Position numbers and translations under genes: made by a program. Under the pieces are notes generated by a model, which worked only from the letters and a program-made list of their open reading frames with translations, was not told the origin of the DNA and did not search any database. Positions 10,815 to 21,430 of a stretch of 64,000 bases of DNA are shown piece by piece. Each line of letters opens with the position of its first letter. Position 1 is the first letter of the stretch. This DNA comes from Nitrospinaceae bacterium. Its GTDB lineage: Bacteria; Nitrospinota; Nitrospinia; Nitrospinales; Nitrospinaceae. The DNA lies in contig OZ250172.1 in the NCBI GenBank assembly GCA_965237905.1, forward strand, positions 1,824,001 through 1,888,000, read 5' to 3'.

Positions 10815-13202
10815 ATGGTATTGTTTGCCGTAAAGCTTAGTACTTTTTCTTTGTCCTCATTCACCAGCTTTCCTGGGAGAAACCCCCTGTTGGCTTCGTC
10901 ATCAATATGGGATTGGTGTGTTCCTGCGCCGTTTAGGCGTGGGTGGGCATTGCTGTGCCTTCTCTTCTTTCTCATGGGACTGTTAGGTTCGCCCCTCTAT
11001 GCCCAGGACGAAGGGACAACGATCAGCGCGATCAAAATCCAGGGTAACAACCGGGTCGATTCTTCCACTATTTTCTATTACATCAAAACGGAAGTGGGGA
11101 AACCTCTTTCTCGAGCCCTCATCCGAAAAGATATCGAACAAATCTATAGCCTCGGACAGTTTACTGATATCCAGGTGAATACCCGGCCCGGCAAAGATGG
11201 CGGCGTGGTAGTGGTCTTTGTGGTCAAGGAAATTCCTTCCGTGGGAGATGTCACCTTCGTCGGAAACGACACCCTGGACACTGCGGATTTAAGAGATGTG
11301 ATTTCCATCAAACGCGGAGTCACTTTCAAAGAACACCTCGTTAACGATACCATTCAGAAATTAACAGCCCATTATCATGAAAAAGCGTTTTTTCTGGTGC
11401 AGGTAAAAGTGGATACCGCTATCAATGCCAACGGTCTGGTAGACATCACCATCAATATTGCCGAAGAGGAAAAGATAAAGATTGATGAAATCCGGTTCAT
11501 CGGCAATAAGGCTTTCGATGATGGCGATCTGAAAGATGTCATGGAGACGGAGGAAACATGGTTGTTTTCATTCATCGATGAATCCGGAATTTACAAAAAG
11601 GATGTGCTGAAAGTGGATGTCCTGCGGCTGGAAGCTTTTTATCAGGACAACGGTTATATCCGGGTGCGTGTGCATAAACCCACGATTGAGGTGAATCGCG
11701 AGGATAAGGAAATTTATATTGAAATAAAAATTGAGGAGGGTCTGCAATATAAATTCGGCAAAATTACCGTTCAAGATGTTGAGGAATTCAGCGGACAGGA
11801 CCTTCTGGTGGATCTTAAATCCCAACCGGGGGCGGTATACAATATATCACTGCTTCGGGCAGACATACTCAATGTGACTGAAAAATTTTCGGAGAAGGGT
11901 TTTGCGTATGCCGATGTTAATCCCAAAGCCGCCATTGATGACCAAACGAGGACAGTCGACCTGAATGTTCAGATCGACCCAGGACGAAAGGTTTATGTTG
12001 GGAAGATCAATGTGATCGGTAACACCCGAACCCGGGACAACGTCGTTCGCCGGGAGTTTCGTTTCAAAGAAGGTGAATTATTCAACAGTAAAAAGTTGAA
12101 GCGAAGTAAACAACGGATCAATAATCTCGGTTTTTTTGAAAACGTTAAAATTGATACCCACCGCGGAGACACGCCGGAGGTGATTGATGTCGACGCGACG
12201 GTAACCGAAAGGCCGACCGGCTCTATTTCTTTCGGAGCCGGGTTCAGTTCGGTCGATAAGGTTATTTTCAATGCTTCGATCGCCCAGGATAATATATTTG
12301 GAACCGGCCGGAAGGCAAACCTTTCCGCCGATATTTCCGCGCGTAGAAGCAATTTCAGTATTCAATTGACCGAGCCCCGCATTTTCGACAGCGATGTTTC
12401 TGGCGGAGTTAGTCTTTTCAACAGCCGGTCCAATTTCTTCAGCTTCGATACCCGCTCCCAGGGGGGCGGGCTGAGCTTTGGCAAAAACCTTTCAGAAACC
12501 GATTGGGCCGGGTTGAATTACCGTTACTCCAGAGTAAAAGTCTCTGATGTCGTCAATCCCACGCAGACACTCAAGAATGAAACCCGCAACACCAGCCGGA
12601 TCGGGGCTACATTTATCAATGATTCCCGCGATAATTTCATAAACCCTACACAGGGTTGGAGGCATGTGGTACGATTGGAGTTCGCCGGAAGTATTCTGGG
12701 CGGGGCCGATTTTTACAAGACCGGGTACGAGATCACCTATTACCGCAAGTTGATTGGCAAGCTGGTGGGCGCCGTTCATGGAGACATCAAGTTCGCAGAA
12801 GGATACAACGACGAGGAATTGCCCTCGTTTGAAAGATATTTTATGGGCGGCGCCAATTCCCTGAGAGGATTTACCATTCGCCAAGTCGGCCCCTTGACCA
12901 ATTTGGCAGATCCTCTGGGAGGAGAACAATCGCTTTTATTGAATCTGGAACTCCAGTATCCTCTTACCGAGGGGTTCCGTTTGTTCGCGTTTTATGATCG
13001 GGGCAATGTATACGGGAGTGGGGACAATATTGCTTCCACCGATACCAGTTTCAACCTGAGCAAGATGCGTGAAAGTGTGGGTGGCGGAATACGATTTTTC
13101 AGTCCCTTCGGTCCCATTTCCCTGGCCTATGGTTTTAAGCTGGACCAAAGAACGGGAGAGTCTTCCGGGGAATTTCATTTTTCAGCAGGAAATGCTTTTT
13201 AA
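10815..13202 (+). CDS. bamA: Outer membrane protein assembly factor BamA
   Basis: POTRA repeats, GNTRTRDNVVRRE, LRGF loop motif, SPFGP, C-terminal Phe; the true start is probably downstream of 10815. Confidence 0.93.
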   Translation: MVLFAVKLSTFSLSSFTSFPGRNPLLASSSIWDWCVPAPFRRGWALLCLLFFLMGLLGSPLYAQDEGTTISAIKIQGNNRVDSSTIFYYIKTEVGKPLSRALIRKDIEQIYSLGQFTDIQVNTRPGKDGGVVVVFVVKEIPSVGDVTFVGNDTLDTADLRDVISIKRGVTFKEHLVNDTIQKLTAHYHEKAFFLVQVKVDTAINANGLVDITINIAEEEKIKIDEIRFIGNKAFDDGDLKDVMETEETWLFSFIDESGIYKKDVLKVDVLRLEAFYQDNGYIRVRVHKPTIEVNREDKEIYIEIKIEEGLQYKFGKITVQDVEEFSGQDLLVDLKSQPGAVYNISLLRADILNVTEKFSEKGFAYADVNPKAAIDDQTRTVDLNVQIDPGRKVYVGKINVIGNTRTRDNVVRREFRFKEGELFNSKKLKRSKQRINNLGFFENVKIDTHRGDTPEVIDVDATVTERPTGSISFGAGFSSVDKVIFNASIAQDNIFGTGRKANLSADISARRSNFSIQLTEPRIFDSDVSGGVSLFNSRSNFFSFDTRSQGGGLSFGKNLSETDWAGLNYRYSRVKVSDVVNPTQTLKNETRNTSRIGATFINDSRDNFINPTQGWRHVVRLEFAGSILGGADFYKTGYEITYYRKLIGKLVGAVHGDIKFAEGYNDEELPSFERYFMGGANSLRGFTIRQVGPLTNLADPLGGEQSLLLNLELQYPLTEGFRLFAFYDRGNVYGSGDNIASTDTSFNLSKMRESVGGGIRFFSPFGPISLAYGFKLDQRTGESSGEFHFSAGNAF

Positions 13203-13230
13203 AGGTTTAACTACATAATAATGAGGTGAC

Positions 13231-13779
13231 ATGTTTTCGTTAAAGAAAAACTTGAAGAAGTATCGTGTGCTGGGATGGGCAATCTTGCTTGCGATGTTTG
13301 GGCTGATTAGTGCTGTTGCCGAAGCCACCGCTGGGGATGTCAGAATTGGTTTTGTGGATATTCAAAAAGCTATTGTCGAGACCAAACAATTTAAGAAATC
13401 CCAAATGAAGTTTAGGGTGGAGCTCCAGAAGGAAAAAGGCATCATTGATGCGCGCAAGAAAAAGGTGGAAAGCATGCTTATTGAATTAAATAAGCAGGCC
13501 AATGTTCTCAATCCATCATTAAAAAAGAAGAAAGAGGAAAGCTTTCTAAGGGAAAAAAAAGATTTTGAGCGGTACGTTCAGGATCGCGAAGAGGAATTTG
13601 CACGTAAAGAAAAAATTGCGCTCGATAAGATCTCCAAAAAAATGCTTAAGGTGTTGAAGCAATTGGGCAAGCAAAAAAAATTGACGATGGTGCTCGAAAA
13701 GAAAGCAGTTTTTTACAGCGATTCCACCCTGGAGCTGACCAGTCTGGCGACTAAAACATACGACAAGTTGTATCCCTGA
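13231..13779 (+). CDS. skp: OmpH/Skp periplasmic chaperone
   Basis: Signal peptide, RIGFVDIQK, long basic coiled coil, position after bamA. Confidence 0.85.
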   Translation: MFSLKKNLKKYRVLGWAILLAMFGLISAVAEATAGDVRIGFVDIQKAIVETKQFKKSQMKFRVELQKEKGIIDARKKKVESMLIELNKQANVLNPSLKKKKEESFLREKKDFERYVQDREEEFARKEKIALDKISKKMLKVLKQLGKQKKLTMVLEKKAVFYSDSTLELTSLATKTYDKLYP

Positions 13780-13857
13780 TTTCTTCCGGCAGGCTCAGAG
13801 CCGGCGCCAGGATATCTTTTCCCCGCAAACTACAAATTGATCTATTGAGGATTCTTA

Positions 13858-14289
13858 ATGTTAGACATTAATGAAATCAAAAAAATCATTCCTCATCGAT
13901 ATCCCTTTTTGCTGGTCGACAAAATAATTGAGTGCGATGATGATTCGCAGATTGTGGGCATTAAATCCGTCACCATGAATGAACCGTTTTTCCAGGGTCA
14001 TTTTCCCGAATTCCCGGTCATGCCCGGTGTCCTGATTGTTGAGGCGATGGCGCAAGTGGCCTGCATTTTGGCGATGCGTGTTCTCAAGAAAGAGGGACAT
14101 TCTTCCGTATTTTTTACAGGCATCGATGGTGTCAAATTCCGGAAACCCGTGGTTCCCGGAGATGTGCTTCGCCTGGAATTGACCAAGACCAAACAAAGGG
14201 GCGAACTGTTTCGTTTTGATGGAAAAGCCCTGGTGGAGGAACAGGTCGTCACTCAGGGAAGCCTTCAGGCGGTTCTTGGAAAAAGTTGA
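13858..14289 (+). CDS. fabZ: 3-hydroxyacyl-ACP dehydratase
   Basis: PHRYPFLLVD, FFQGHFP, PGVLIVEAMAQ. Confidence 0.97.
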   Translation: MLDINEIKKIIPHRYPFLLVDKIIECDDDSQIVGIKSVTMNEPFFQGHFPEFPVMPGVLIVEAMAQVACILAMRVLKKEGHSSVFFTGIDGVKFRKPVVPGDVLRLELTKTKQRGELFRFDGKALVEEQVVTQGSLQAVLGKS

Positions 14290-14418
14290 AATCTCTCCCC
14301 TTACCCGTTTAAACTTGGTAAGTAAGGTCTTGTGGCATGGCTCGGTGCCAGCATTTGCCTTCCCCATTGTTGTACAAATGGATTCCAGAAATAATATTGC
14401 AGTCAGGTGGGTCTCCTT

Positions 14419-15189
14419 GTGAATATTTCAGAAAATGCCACCATTGACCCTTCTGCGGTCTTGGGGGACAATGTAACCATCGACCCCTACACCACCATCG
14501 GGGCGGGTGTTAAAATTGGGGAAGGAACCGTAGTGGGACCGAACGTCCTGATTGACAAAGGGACGGTGATTGGAAAAAACTGCAAGATCTATCACGGTGC
14601 CTCATTGGGGGGCGATCCCCAGATCGTCGGGTTTGAAGATGTTCCTTCATTCGTTCATATTGGGAACAATACCACCATTCGCGAATTTGTTACGATTCAA
14701 CGTTCCGGTGAGGAGAACGGCGTAACCAAAATCGGCGATCATTGCATGCTGATGAATTACGTGCACGTTGCGCATGATTGTGAAATTGGCAATCATGTGG
14801 TTGTGGTGAATTCGACCGGATTGTCCGGTCATATTGTGGTTGAAGATTACGCATTTATCTCGGGTTTTGTGGCCGTCCATCAATACGCCCGCATCGGTTC
14901 CCATTCCATGATTCAGGGAATGAGCGGGATCAGCCAGGATGTTTTGCCCTATGCTCTGGTGGGAGGCTGGCCGGCAAAACTGGTGAGCCTCAATTCGGTC
15001 GGCTTGCGGCGGCGCGACTTTGGCCCCAAGGTGCGAACGGCCATCAAAAATGCCTTTAAAATTCTCAAAAATCCCGAGCTGAATACCACTCAGGCCATTG
15101 AGAAAATTGAAGGCGAAATTGAAATGAGCGATGAAATCCGATACCTTACTGACTTTGTAAGGAATTCAAAGAGAGGATTCAGTAAATAA
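14419..15189 (+). CDS. lpxA: Acyl-ACP--UDP-N-acetylglucosamine O-acyltransferase
   Basis: Hexapeptide repeats, IREFVTI, HVAHDC, NSVGLRRR; GTG start at 14407 or 14419. Confidence 0.93.
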   Translation: MNISENATIDPSAVLGDNVTIDPYTTIGAGVKIGEGTVVGPNVLIDKGTVIGKNCKIYHGASLGGDPQIVGFEDVPSFVHIGNNTTIREFVTIQRSGEENGVTKIGDHCMLMNYVHVAHDCEIGNHVVVVNSTGLSGHIVVEDYAFISGFVAVHQYARIGSHSMIQGMSGISQDVLPYALVGGWPAKLVSLNSVGLRRRDFGPKVRTAIKNAFKILKNPELNTTQAIEKIEGEIEMSDEIRYLTDFVRNSKRGFSK

Positions 15190-16161
15190 ATGAGCCGGAT
15201 TAAAGCAGGAGTATTAGGCGTCGGTAAAATGGGCGAATACCATGTGGGTATTCTGTCCGAAAACCGCGATGTGGAATTGAAGGGTATTTCCGATGCCAGC
15301 GAAGAACGCGGCCGCGTGATCAGCGAGCGGTACGACGTTCCTTATTTTAAAGATTTCAACGAAATGCTAAAGCAGGTGGACGTGGCGGTGGTTGCGGTTC
15401 CCACCAAACTCCACTATCAAATCGGCATGGAAGTTCTGAATGCCGGCATCCACGTGCTGTTGGAAAAACCCTGCTCCGATAATCTGGAACATGCCCGCGA
15501 ATTGTTCAGTCTGGCCGATTCCAAAAACCTCATCTTGCATATCGGCCATGTCGAGCGGTTCAACGGAGCCGTTCAGGAACTCCACAAACTGGTGGATGAG
15601 CCCATTCTGGTCGAGTGCAAACGGATGGGACCTTTTGTCGAGCGCATGAAAGACGACAGTGTGGTTCTGGATACCATGATCCATGATATCGATATTATTC
15701 TGAATCTTATCGACTCGAAAGTGGCTCGGATCAATGTGATGGGCAGATCGATCTTTTCGGAAAAAGACGATGTGGTCAGTGTTCAGCTGGCATTTGAAAA
15801 CGGCTGTATCGCCATTATTCTCGCTAGTCGCGCCTCTCAAAACAAGGAACGCACCCTGTCCATTACCCAGAAGGATTCCTACGTCATTTTGGATTATACC
15901 GATCAGGAAATTTACGTCCATCGACAATCTTCATCGGATTACATGCTGACCAAGGATTCACTCCGCTACAAACAGGAATCCCTGATCGAGCGAATTTTTG
16001 TGCATAAGGACAACCCGCTGAAACTGGAAATCCAGCATTTTCTCGACTGTGTTAAAAACGGAACTCCACGGAAAGTGGCGGTCGATAATGAATTGTATTC
16101 CCTGGAAATTGCCTTGGGAATTGTCGAGCAATTCTACGAGCAAAACGGAATCCCCCATTAA
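15190..16161 (+). CDS. Gfo/Idh/MocA oxidoreductase (GnnA-like UDP-GlcNAc 3-dehydrogenase candidate)
   Basis: GVGKMG Rossmann motif, EKP, GHVERFN, DTMIHDID; abuts lpxA. Confidence 0.8.
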   Translation: MSRIKAGVLGVGKMGEYHVGILSENRDVELKGISDASEERGRVISERYDVPYFKDFNEMLKQVDVAVVAVPTKLHYQIGMEVLNAGIHVLLEKPCSDNLEHARELFSLADSKNLILHIGHVERFNGAVQELHKLVDEPILVECKRMGPFVERMKDDSVVLDTMIHDIDIILNLIDSKVARINVMGRSIFSEKDDVVSVQLAFENGCIAIILASRASQNKERTLSITQKDSYVILDYTDQEIYVHRQSSSDYMLTKDSLRYKQESLIERIFVHKDNPLKLEIQHFLDCVKNGTPRKVAVDNELYSLEIALGIVEQFYEQNGIPH

Positions 16162-16267
16162 GACAGAAGTGCGATGAACCCGTTCCACCCGTGCGGACCG
16201 GCAGACAAGAGCCGGGGTTGAACTCGCTGCACTCATTTAAGAATATCTTTCCTGGTAATTTCATTTT

Positions 16268-17083
16268 ATGAACACCCTGGCTGTGCAACGTATCGGCCTG
16301 ATTGCCGGGGCCGGAGAAATCCCCGTTTACTTCGCTAAGAAAGCCCATGAGGATGGGATTCGCATCGTGTCCGTCGCTTTCACCGATGAAATAGACGCCC
16401 GCCTGAAACCTTTCGTCGAAAAAAATTATTCTATCAGTCTCGCTAAAAGCGGAAAAATTTTAAAGACCCTGGAACAGGAAAATATCAAGGATATTTTGAT
16501 CATCGGCAAAGTGGAAAAGAAAATGATTTTCAAGCCCCAGCTGTTCGATCTGGAAACCCTCAAACTGATCCTATCGTTCCGGACCCACCAGGACAAAACT
16601 GTGATGTTGAAGATCATTGAAGAAATCGAGAGCCGGGGTTTTAAGGTGCTGGACCAGATGGAGTACATGAAAGAGCTCTATCCGGGGAAAGGGGTGTTGA
16701 CCCGCCGGCAACCCTCGGAAAAGGAAATGGCGGACATCGAGTTTGGTTTTCCCATCGCCCGCCACATGGCGGATCAGGAAATCGGGCAAACCATCGTGGT
16801 CAAGAATCAAACGGTCATTGCGGTGGAAGCGGTGGAAGGTACAGATCAGACCATTGAACGGGGATGTGACCTCGGCCAGGGAGGATGTGCGGTGATCAAG
16901 GTCAGCCGGACCAATCAGGATTACCGCTTCGACAGTCCCGGCATCGGACCCCGAACCCTGGAGCGAATGATCCAGGGCAAAGCATCGGTGGTGGCGGTAG
17001 AGGCCGGGAGAATCATGATCGTGGAACGCGACAAGGTGGTGGAGCAGGCCGACCGGGCAGGCATTTCCATCGTGTGCATCTGA
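16268..17083 (+). CDS. lpxI: UDP-2,3-diacylglucosamine diphosphatase LpxI
   Basis: GLIAGAG, EIGQTIVV, AVEAVEGTD, QDYRFDSPGIG; located between lpxA and lpxB. Confidence 0.9.
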   Translation: MNTLAVQRIGLIAGAGEIPVYFAKKAHEDGIRIVSVAFTDEIDARLKPFVEKNYSISLAKSGKILKTLEQENIKDILIIGKVEKKMIFKPQLFDLETLKLILSFRTHQDKTVMLKIIEEIESRGFKVLDQMEYMKELYPGKGVLTRRQPSEKEMADIEFGFPIARHMADQEIGQTIVVKNQTVIAVEAVEGTDQTIERGCDLGQGGCAVIKVSRTNQDYRFDSPGIGPRTLERMIQGKASVVAVEAGRIMIVERDKVVEQADRAGISIVCI

Positions 17084-17125
17084 CTGGAGTATTCGTCCGA
17101 GCCCTAAGGAAACCTTTGCACAACT

Positions 17126-17201
17126 GTGTCACCCTGAGCTTGTCGAAGGGCGGCACGGTGTCATACTTCGACAGAGCCTGACGAAGGACTCAGCATGACA
17201 C
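17126..17201. repeat. REP-like palindromic element
   Basis: gtgtcaccctgagcttgtcgaag ... cttcgaca[insert]ctcagcatgacac inverted arms in the lpxI-lpxB spacer. Confidence 0.7.
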
Positions 17202-17254
17202 CGATTATATATACGCATCCGTTGAAAAAAATCTTTAGCCGTTGAGGAATCCCA

Positions 17255-18418
17255 TTGGTCAGTTCAGATTCGGATCAAATTCTGATCGTTGCCGGAGAAG
17301 CGTCCGGCGATCTGCATGGCGGCCATCTGGTACGAGCTCTGAAGGCCCAACATCCTCAACTTCAGTTCGAAGGCGTCGGCGGAAAACACATGCAGGAAGC
17401 CGGCGTGAGCACACTGTATGACATCAGCCGCATGGGGGGTATGGGCTTGTTCGAATTTGTGAACGGCCTGTGGCACCACCTAGAGATCTACCGCAGGCTA
17501 TCACGCGAAATCGCCAAGGGAAAATACCGCGCCGCCATTCTGATCAATTATCCTTTTTTCAATTTAAAACTCGCCAAAGTATGCAATCAATGGAATTGCC
17601 CGGCGCTGTTTTATATCAGCCCGCAGGTGTGGGCTTCACGCAAAGGCCGGGTGAAGACCATTCGCGAAACCGTGAGCAAAATGTACGTCATCCTGCCTTT
17701 TGAGGAAGCAATTTTCCGCGAAGCCCAGGTCGATGTCGAATACCTGGGCCACCCTTTTATCGATATTGTCCAGCCGCAGGTTTCCCGTGAAGGGGCGTTG
17801 AAGGAATTCGGATTAAACCCTGCCGTCAAAACCGTGGGTCTGCTTCCGGGAAGCCGCATGAGCGAGATCAATTACCTTCTGGATGATATGGTGGGAGCCG
17901 CCCGGATCATTCAAAAAGAATTGGAGCAATGCCAGTTCCTGCTACCGGTGGCGGATAGCATCGATCCCGAATTGATCCGGAAACGGCTGGGAGAAAATCC
18001 CCTGGGCATCCGGGTGCTGACCGAGAGGAATTATGATGTGATGAATTGCAGTGACGCGCTCATCATGGCTTCCGGTTCATCGACGCTGGAAGCGGGACTG
18101 TTCACCGTTCCCATGGTGATTATTTACAAGGTCCATCCTCTCACCTATTTCATCGCCCGATTTTTCACCCACATCACCCACTTTGGCCTGGTCAACATCG
18201 TGGCGGAAGAGGAAGTGGTGCCTGAATTGTTGAATGAACAGGTGACGCCGGAACGGATCGCCGCCGAAACTCTGAAGGTTTTAAAAGATCCGGACCAAGC
18301 TCGCGCGGTGAGGGAACGACTGCAGAAAGTCCGTGAATCTCTTGGGACACCAGGGGTGGTTACACGCATCGCACGCAGTATGGCGGGTTCCATGAATCTT
18401 TCTCCCGATTCACAATGA
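17255..18418 (+). CDS. lpxB: Lipid-A-disaccharide synthase
   Basis: AGEASGDLHG, YISPQVWASR, LLPGSRMSE, VPELLN. Confidence 0.95.
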   Translation: MVSSDSDQILIVAGEASGDLHGGHLVRALKAQHPQLQFEGVGGKHMQEAGVSTLYDISRMGGMGLFEFVNGLWHHLEIYRRLSREIAKGKYRAAILINYPFFNLKLAKVCNQWNCPALFYISPQVWASRKGRVKTIRETVSKMYVILPFEEAIFREAQVDVEYLGHPFIDIVQPQVSREGALKEFGLNPAVKTVGLLPGSRMSEINYLLDDMVGAARIIQKELEQCQFLLPVADSIDPELIRKRLGENPLGIRVLTERNYDVMNCSDALIMASGSSTLEAGLFTVPMVIIYKVHPLTYFIARFFTHITHFGLVNIVAEEEVVPELLNEQVTPERIAAETLKVLKDPDQARAVRERLQKVRESLGTPGVVTRIARSMAGSMNLSPDSQ

Positions 18419-19059
18419 GAGCTTTTCTGTTTAAATATATCCTGCCCCCCATTTTATGGCTGGTCATCCACCTTTGGTGCATGACTCTCAGAAAAAAAGT
18501 TTTAAATCCAGAAATAAATAATAAAATCCGGACCAAGCTTGGGAAAGGCGTTTTGACGTTATGGCATTCCCACCTGTTTTACCTTACGTATCATTTTCGG
18601 GGAATGCGCGACCTTCACATTTTGGTCAGCCCCAGTAAGGACGGAGACCTGATCGCCAATGTTGGAAAGATGTTTGGTTACAAAGTGGTTCGGGGATCTT
18701 CATACAAAAATACCGTACCTGGAACCCGCGAGTGCATTGGTCTTTTAAAACAAGATTTAAAAGTGGGACTTATCGCTGACGGTTCCCGCGGTCCCCGCCA
18801 CCAGGCCCAGGCGGGATCGGTGCAATTGGCGCGCATCACCGGCGCTCCGATATACACCTTGACCTATAGCGCCCACCCCAAATACGAGTTCTCCAGCTGG
18901 GACCGCTTTATCCTGCCTCTCCCATTTTCAAAAGTGACCCTCAATTTTGGTCCTTCCATGACCGTGTCGCCGGACGCGGACACGGCAACCATTCGACAAA
19001 AACAGGACGAGTTGACCGATCTCCTGAACCAAATCACGGAAGCATGTGAGCGGCCTTAA
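18415..19059 (+). CDS. Lysophospholipid acyltransferase family protein (DUF374)
   Basis: LWH, SPSKDG, VRGSS, DGSRGP, SWDRFILPLPF; ATGA overlap with lpxB. Confidence 0.85.
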   Translation: MRAFLFKYILPPILWLVIHLWCMTLRKKVLNPEINNKIRTKLGKGVLTLWHSHLFYLTYHFRGMRDLHILVSPSKDGDLIANVGKMFGYKVVRGSSYKNTVPGTRECIGLLKQDLKVGLIADGSRGPRHQAQAGSVQLARITGAPIYTLTYSAHPKYEFSSWDRFILPLPFSKVTLNFGPSMTVSPDADTATIRQKQDELTDLLNQITEACERP

Positions 19060-19060
19060 G

Positions 19061-19236
19061 TGCATATTTTTTAGTCATTCCCTCCCCTGATGTTTATTTA
19101 AGAAGCAGTATTTTTCCTGCCCTGTTTCAAAGTCTCATTTCTCCGCTTCCAAGAGCATCTTAAATATTTGATTTTAAATGAGATTTTGGCATCCGCCTTT
19201 TCAGGGTGGAGCCCTCTGAATGGCATGAAACTTGAA
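19061..19236 (+). promoter_or_regulatory. Putative sigma54 promoter with IHF site and tandem enhancer-like sites for glnB-glnA
   Basis: TGGCATGAAACTTGAA at 19221-19236; IHF consensus match AATCAAATATTTA on the minus strand at 19161-19173; two 17-bp TG..CA sites at 19061 and 19091. Confidence 0.5.
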
Positions 19237-19423
19237 ACTATTATAGAACCCGGTCCGGTGCTGGTCGCTTGAGATAAAAAATTTTGTGGTTCTTGAGCAG
19301 GAAATAAGTTAAGGTTCCTGCTTCATCATAAAAAATTCAGTAGAATGCGCCCTTTTCTGGATTGAATAGGGGCGGGGCTTCGGAGGGAGCCTGGAAACAA
19401 GCACCCAGGCAACAAATAATTAA

Positions 19424-19786
<363 letters not shown>

Positions 19787-19890
19787 AATATTTGATTTTT
19801 CGTATCGGATAAATTTTTTGTTTCTGAATATTTGAATTTATATTGGATTAATTTTTAAAAATTTTTTTTGTCGAGCGAGGAGCAAGCCTA

Positions 19891-21303
19891 ATGACACCGA
19901 AAGAGGTAATCGATTTTGCGAAGAAGAACAACACCGGGATGGTGGATCTGAAATTTATGGATCTCCTGGGAACGTGGCAGCATTTCACCGTTCCTATCAG
20001 CGAGTTGGAAGATCACATGTTTGAAGAAGGGTTGGGCTTTGACGGGTCCAGTATCCGCGGATGGCAAGCCATCAACGCCAGCGACATGCTGGTAATCCCC
20101 GATCCCATCACCGGGGTGATGGATCCTTTTACCAAAGTGCCGACTTTGAGCATGATCTGTAACATCGTGGATCCCATCACCAAGGAAAAGTACTCTCGCG
20201 ATCCCAGAAACATCGCGATGAAGGCGGAAGCCTATCTCCAATCGACGGGACTCGGTGACACGGTTTATTTCGGTCCTGAACCGGAATTCTTTGTGTTTGA
20301 TGATGTTCGCTACGAGTCGGATGTCAACCATGCCGCCTATTATGTAGACTCGCGCGAGGGCAACTGGAACACTGGGCGTGATGAAGGGCCCAATCTCGGT
20401 TACAAGCCACGCTATAAGGAAGGGTACTTCCCGGTTTCTCCCAGCGACAGCTTGAATGATATGCGAACCGAAATGACTATGTTGATGGAGCAGGTAGGCA
20501 TCCAGATGGAATGCCACCATCATGAAGTGGCTTCGGGCGGGCAGTGTGAAATCGACATGCGGTTCTCCCCTCTGGTGAAATGTGCCGACAATCTGATGTG
20601 GTACAAATACATCGTCAAGAACGTTGCGTACCGGTACAATAAAACCGCTACCTTTATGCCCAAACCTATTTTTGGAGATAACGGTTCAGGCATGCACGTT
20701 CATCAAAGTATTTGGAAAGGCGGCAAGCCGTTGTTTGCCGGTAACGGCTATGCCGGGTTCAGTGAAATGGGGATGCATTACATCGGCGGTATTCTGAAAC
20801 ACGCCCGGGCGTTGGCGGCTTTTGTCGCGCCGACCATGAACTCGTACAAGCGGTTGGTTCCCGGATTTGAGGCTCCCGTTAATCTGGCGTATTCCAGCCG
20901 GAACCGGAGCGCCGCGGTGAGGATTCCCATGTACTCCTCCAGCCCGAAAGCCAAGCGTCTGGAATGCCGATTTCCGGATCCTTCCTGCAACGGCTACCTT
21001 GCTTTCTCAGCCATGCTGATGGCAGGACTGGACGGCATCGAAAATAAAATCGATCCGGGTGAACCTTTGGATAAAGATATTTACGCTCTCGGGCCGGAAG
21101 AGCTGGCCAACATTCCACGGCTTCCCGGATCTCTGGACGAAGCGCTGAATTGTTTGGAAGAGGATCACCAGTTCCTGTTGAAAGGGGATGTATTCACTCA
21201 GGATGTGGTCGACCGCTGGATTTCCTACAAGCGGGAGAACGAAATCGACCAAATGCGATTGCGGCCCCATCCCTATGAGTTTCACCTGTACTACGACATT
21301 TAA
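19891..21303 (+). CDS. glnA: Glutamine synthetase type I
   Basis: [27 protein letters not shown], adenylylation-site DKDIY. Confidence 0.98.
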   Translation: MTPKEVIDFAKKNNTGMVDLKFMDLLGTWQHFTVPISELEDHMFEEGLGFDGSSIRGWQAINASDMLVIPDPITGVMDPFTKVPTLSMICNIVDPITKEKYSRDPRNIAMKAEAYLQSTGLGDTVYFGPEPEFFVFDDVRYESDVNHAAYYVDSREGNWNTGRDEGPNLGYKPRYKEGYFPVSPSDSLNDMRTEMTMLMEQVGIQMECHHHEVASGGQCEIDMRFSPLVKCADNLMWYKYIVKNVAYRYNKTATFMPKPIFGDNGSGMHVHQSIWKGGKPLFAGNGYAGFSEMGMHYIGGILKHARALAAFVAPTMNSYKRLVPGFEAPVNLAYSSRNRSAAVRIPMYSSSPKAKRLECRFPDPSCNGYLAFSAMLMAGLDGIENKIDPGEPLDKDIYALGPEELANIPRLPGSLDEALNCLEEDHQFLLKGDVFTQDVVDRWISYKRENEIDQMRLRPHPYEFHLYYDI

Positions 21304-21355
21304 TGACAGCAGGGAATCTCCCGAGTTTAACGTTGTAAATATTTTTCAATTGATC

Positions 21356-21386
21356 AACCCCCTGGATTTTTCCAGGGGGTTTTTTT
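21356..21386 (+). terminator. Rho-independent terminator after glnA
   Basis: Stem cccctgga / tccagggg around a tttt loop, followed by a T-run. Confidence 0.85.
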
Positions 21387-21430
21387 ATGTTAGATTGGCG
21401 AAAATGAGTCACCCTGAACAATGACCCCGA

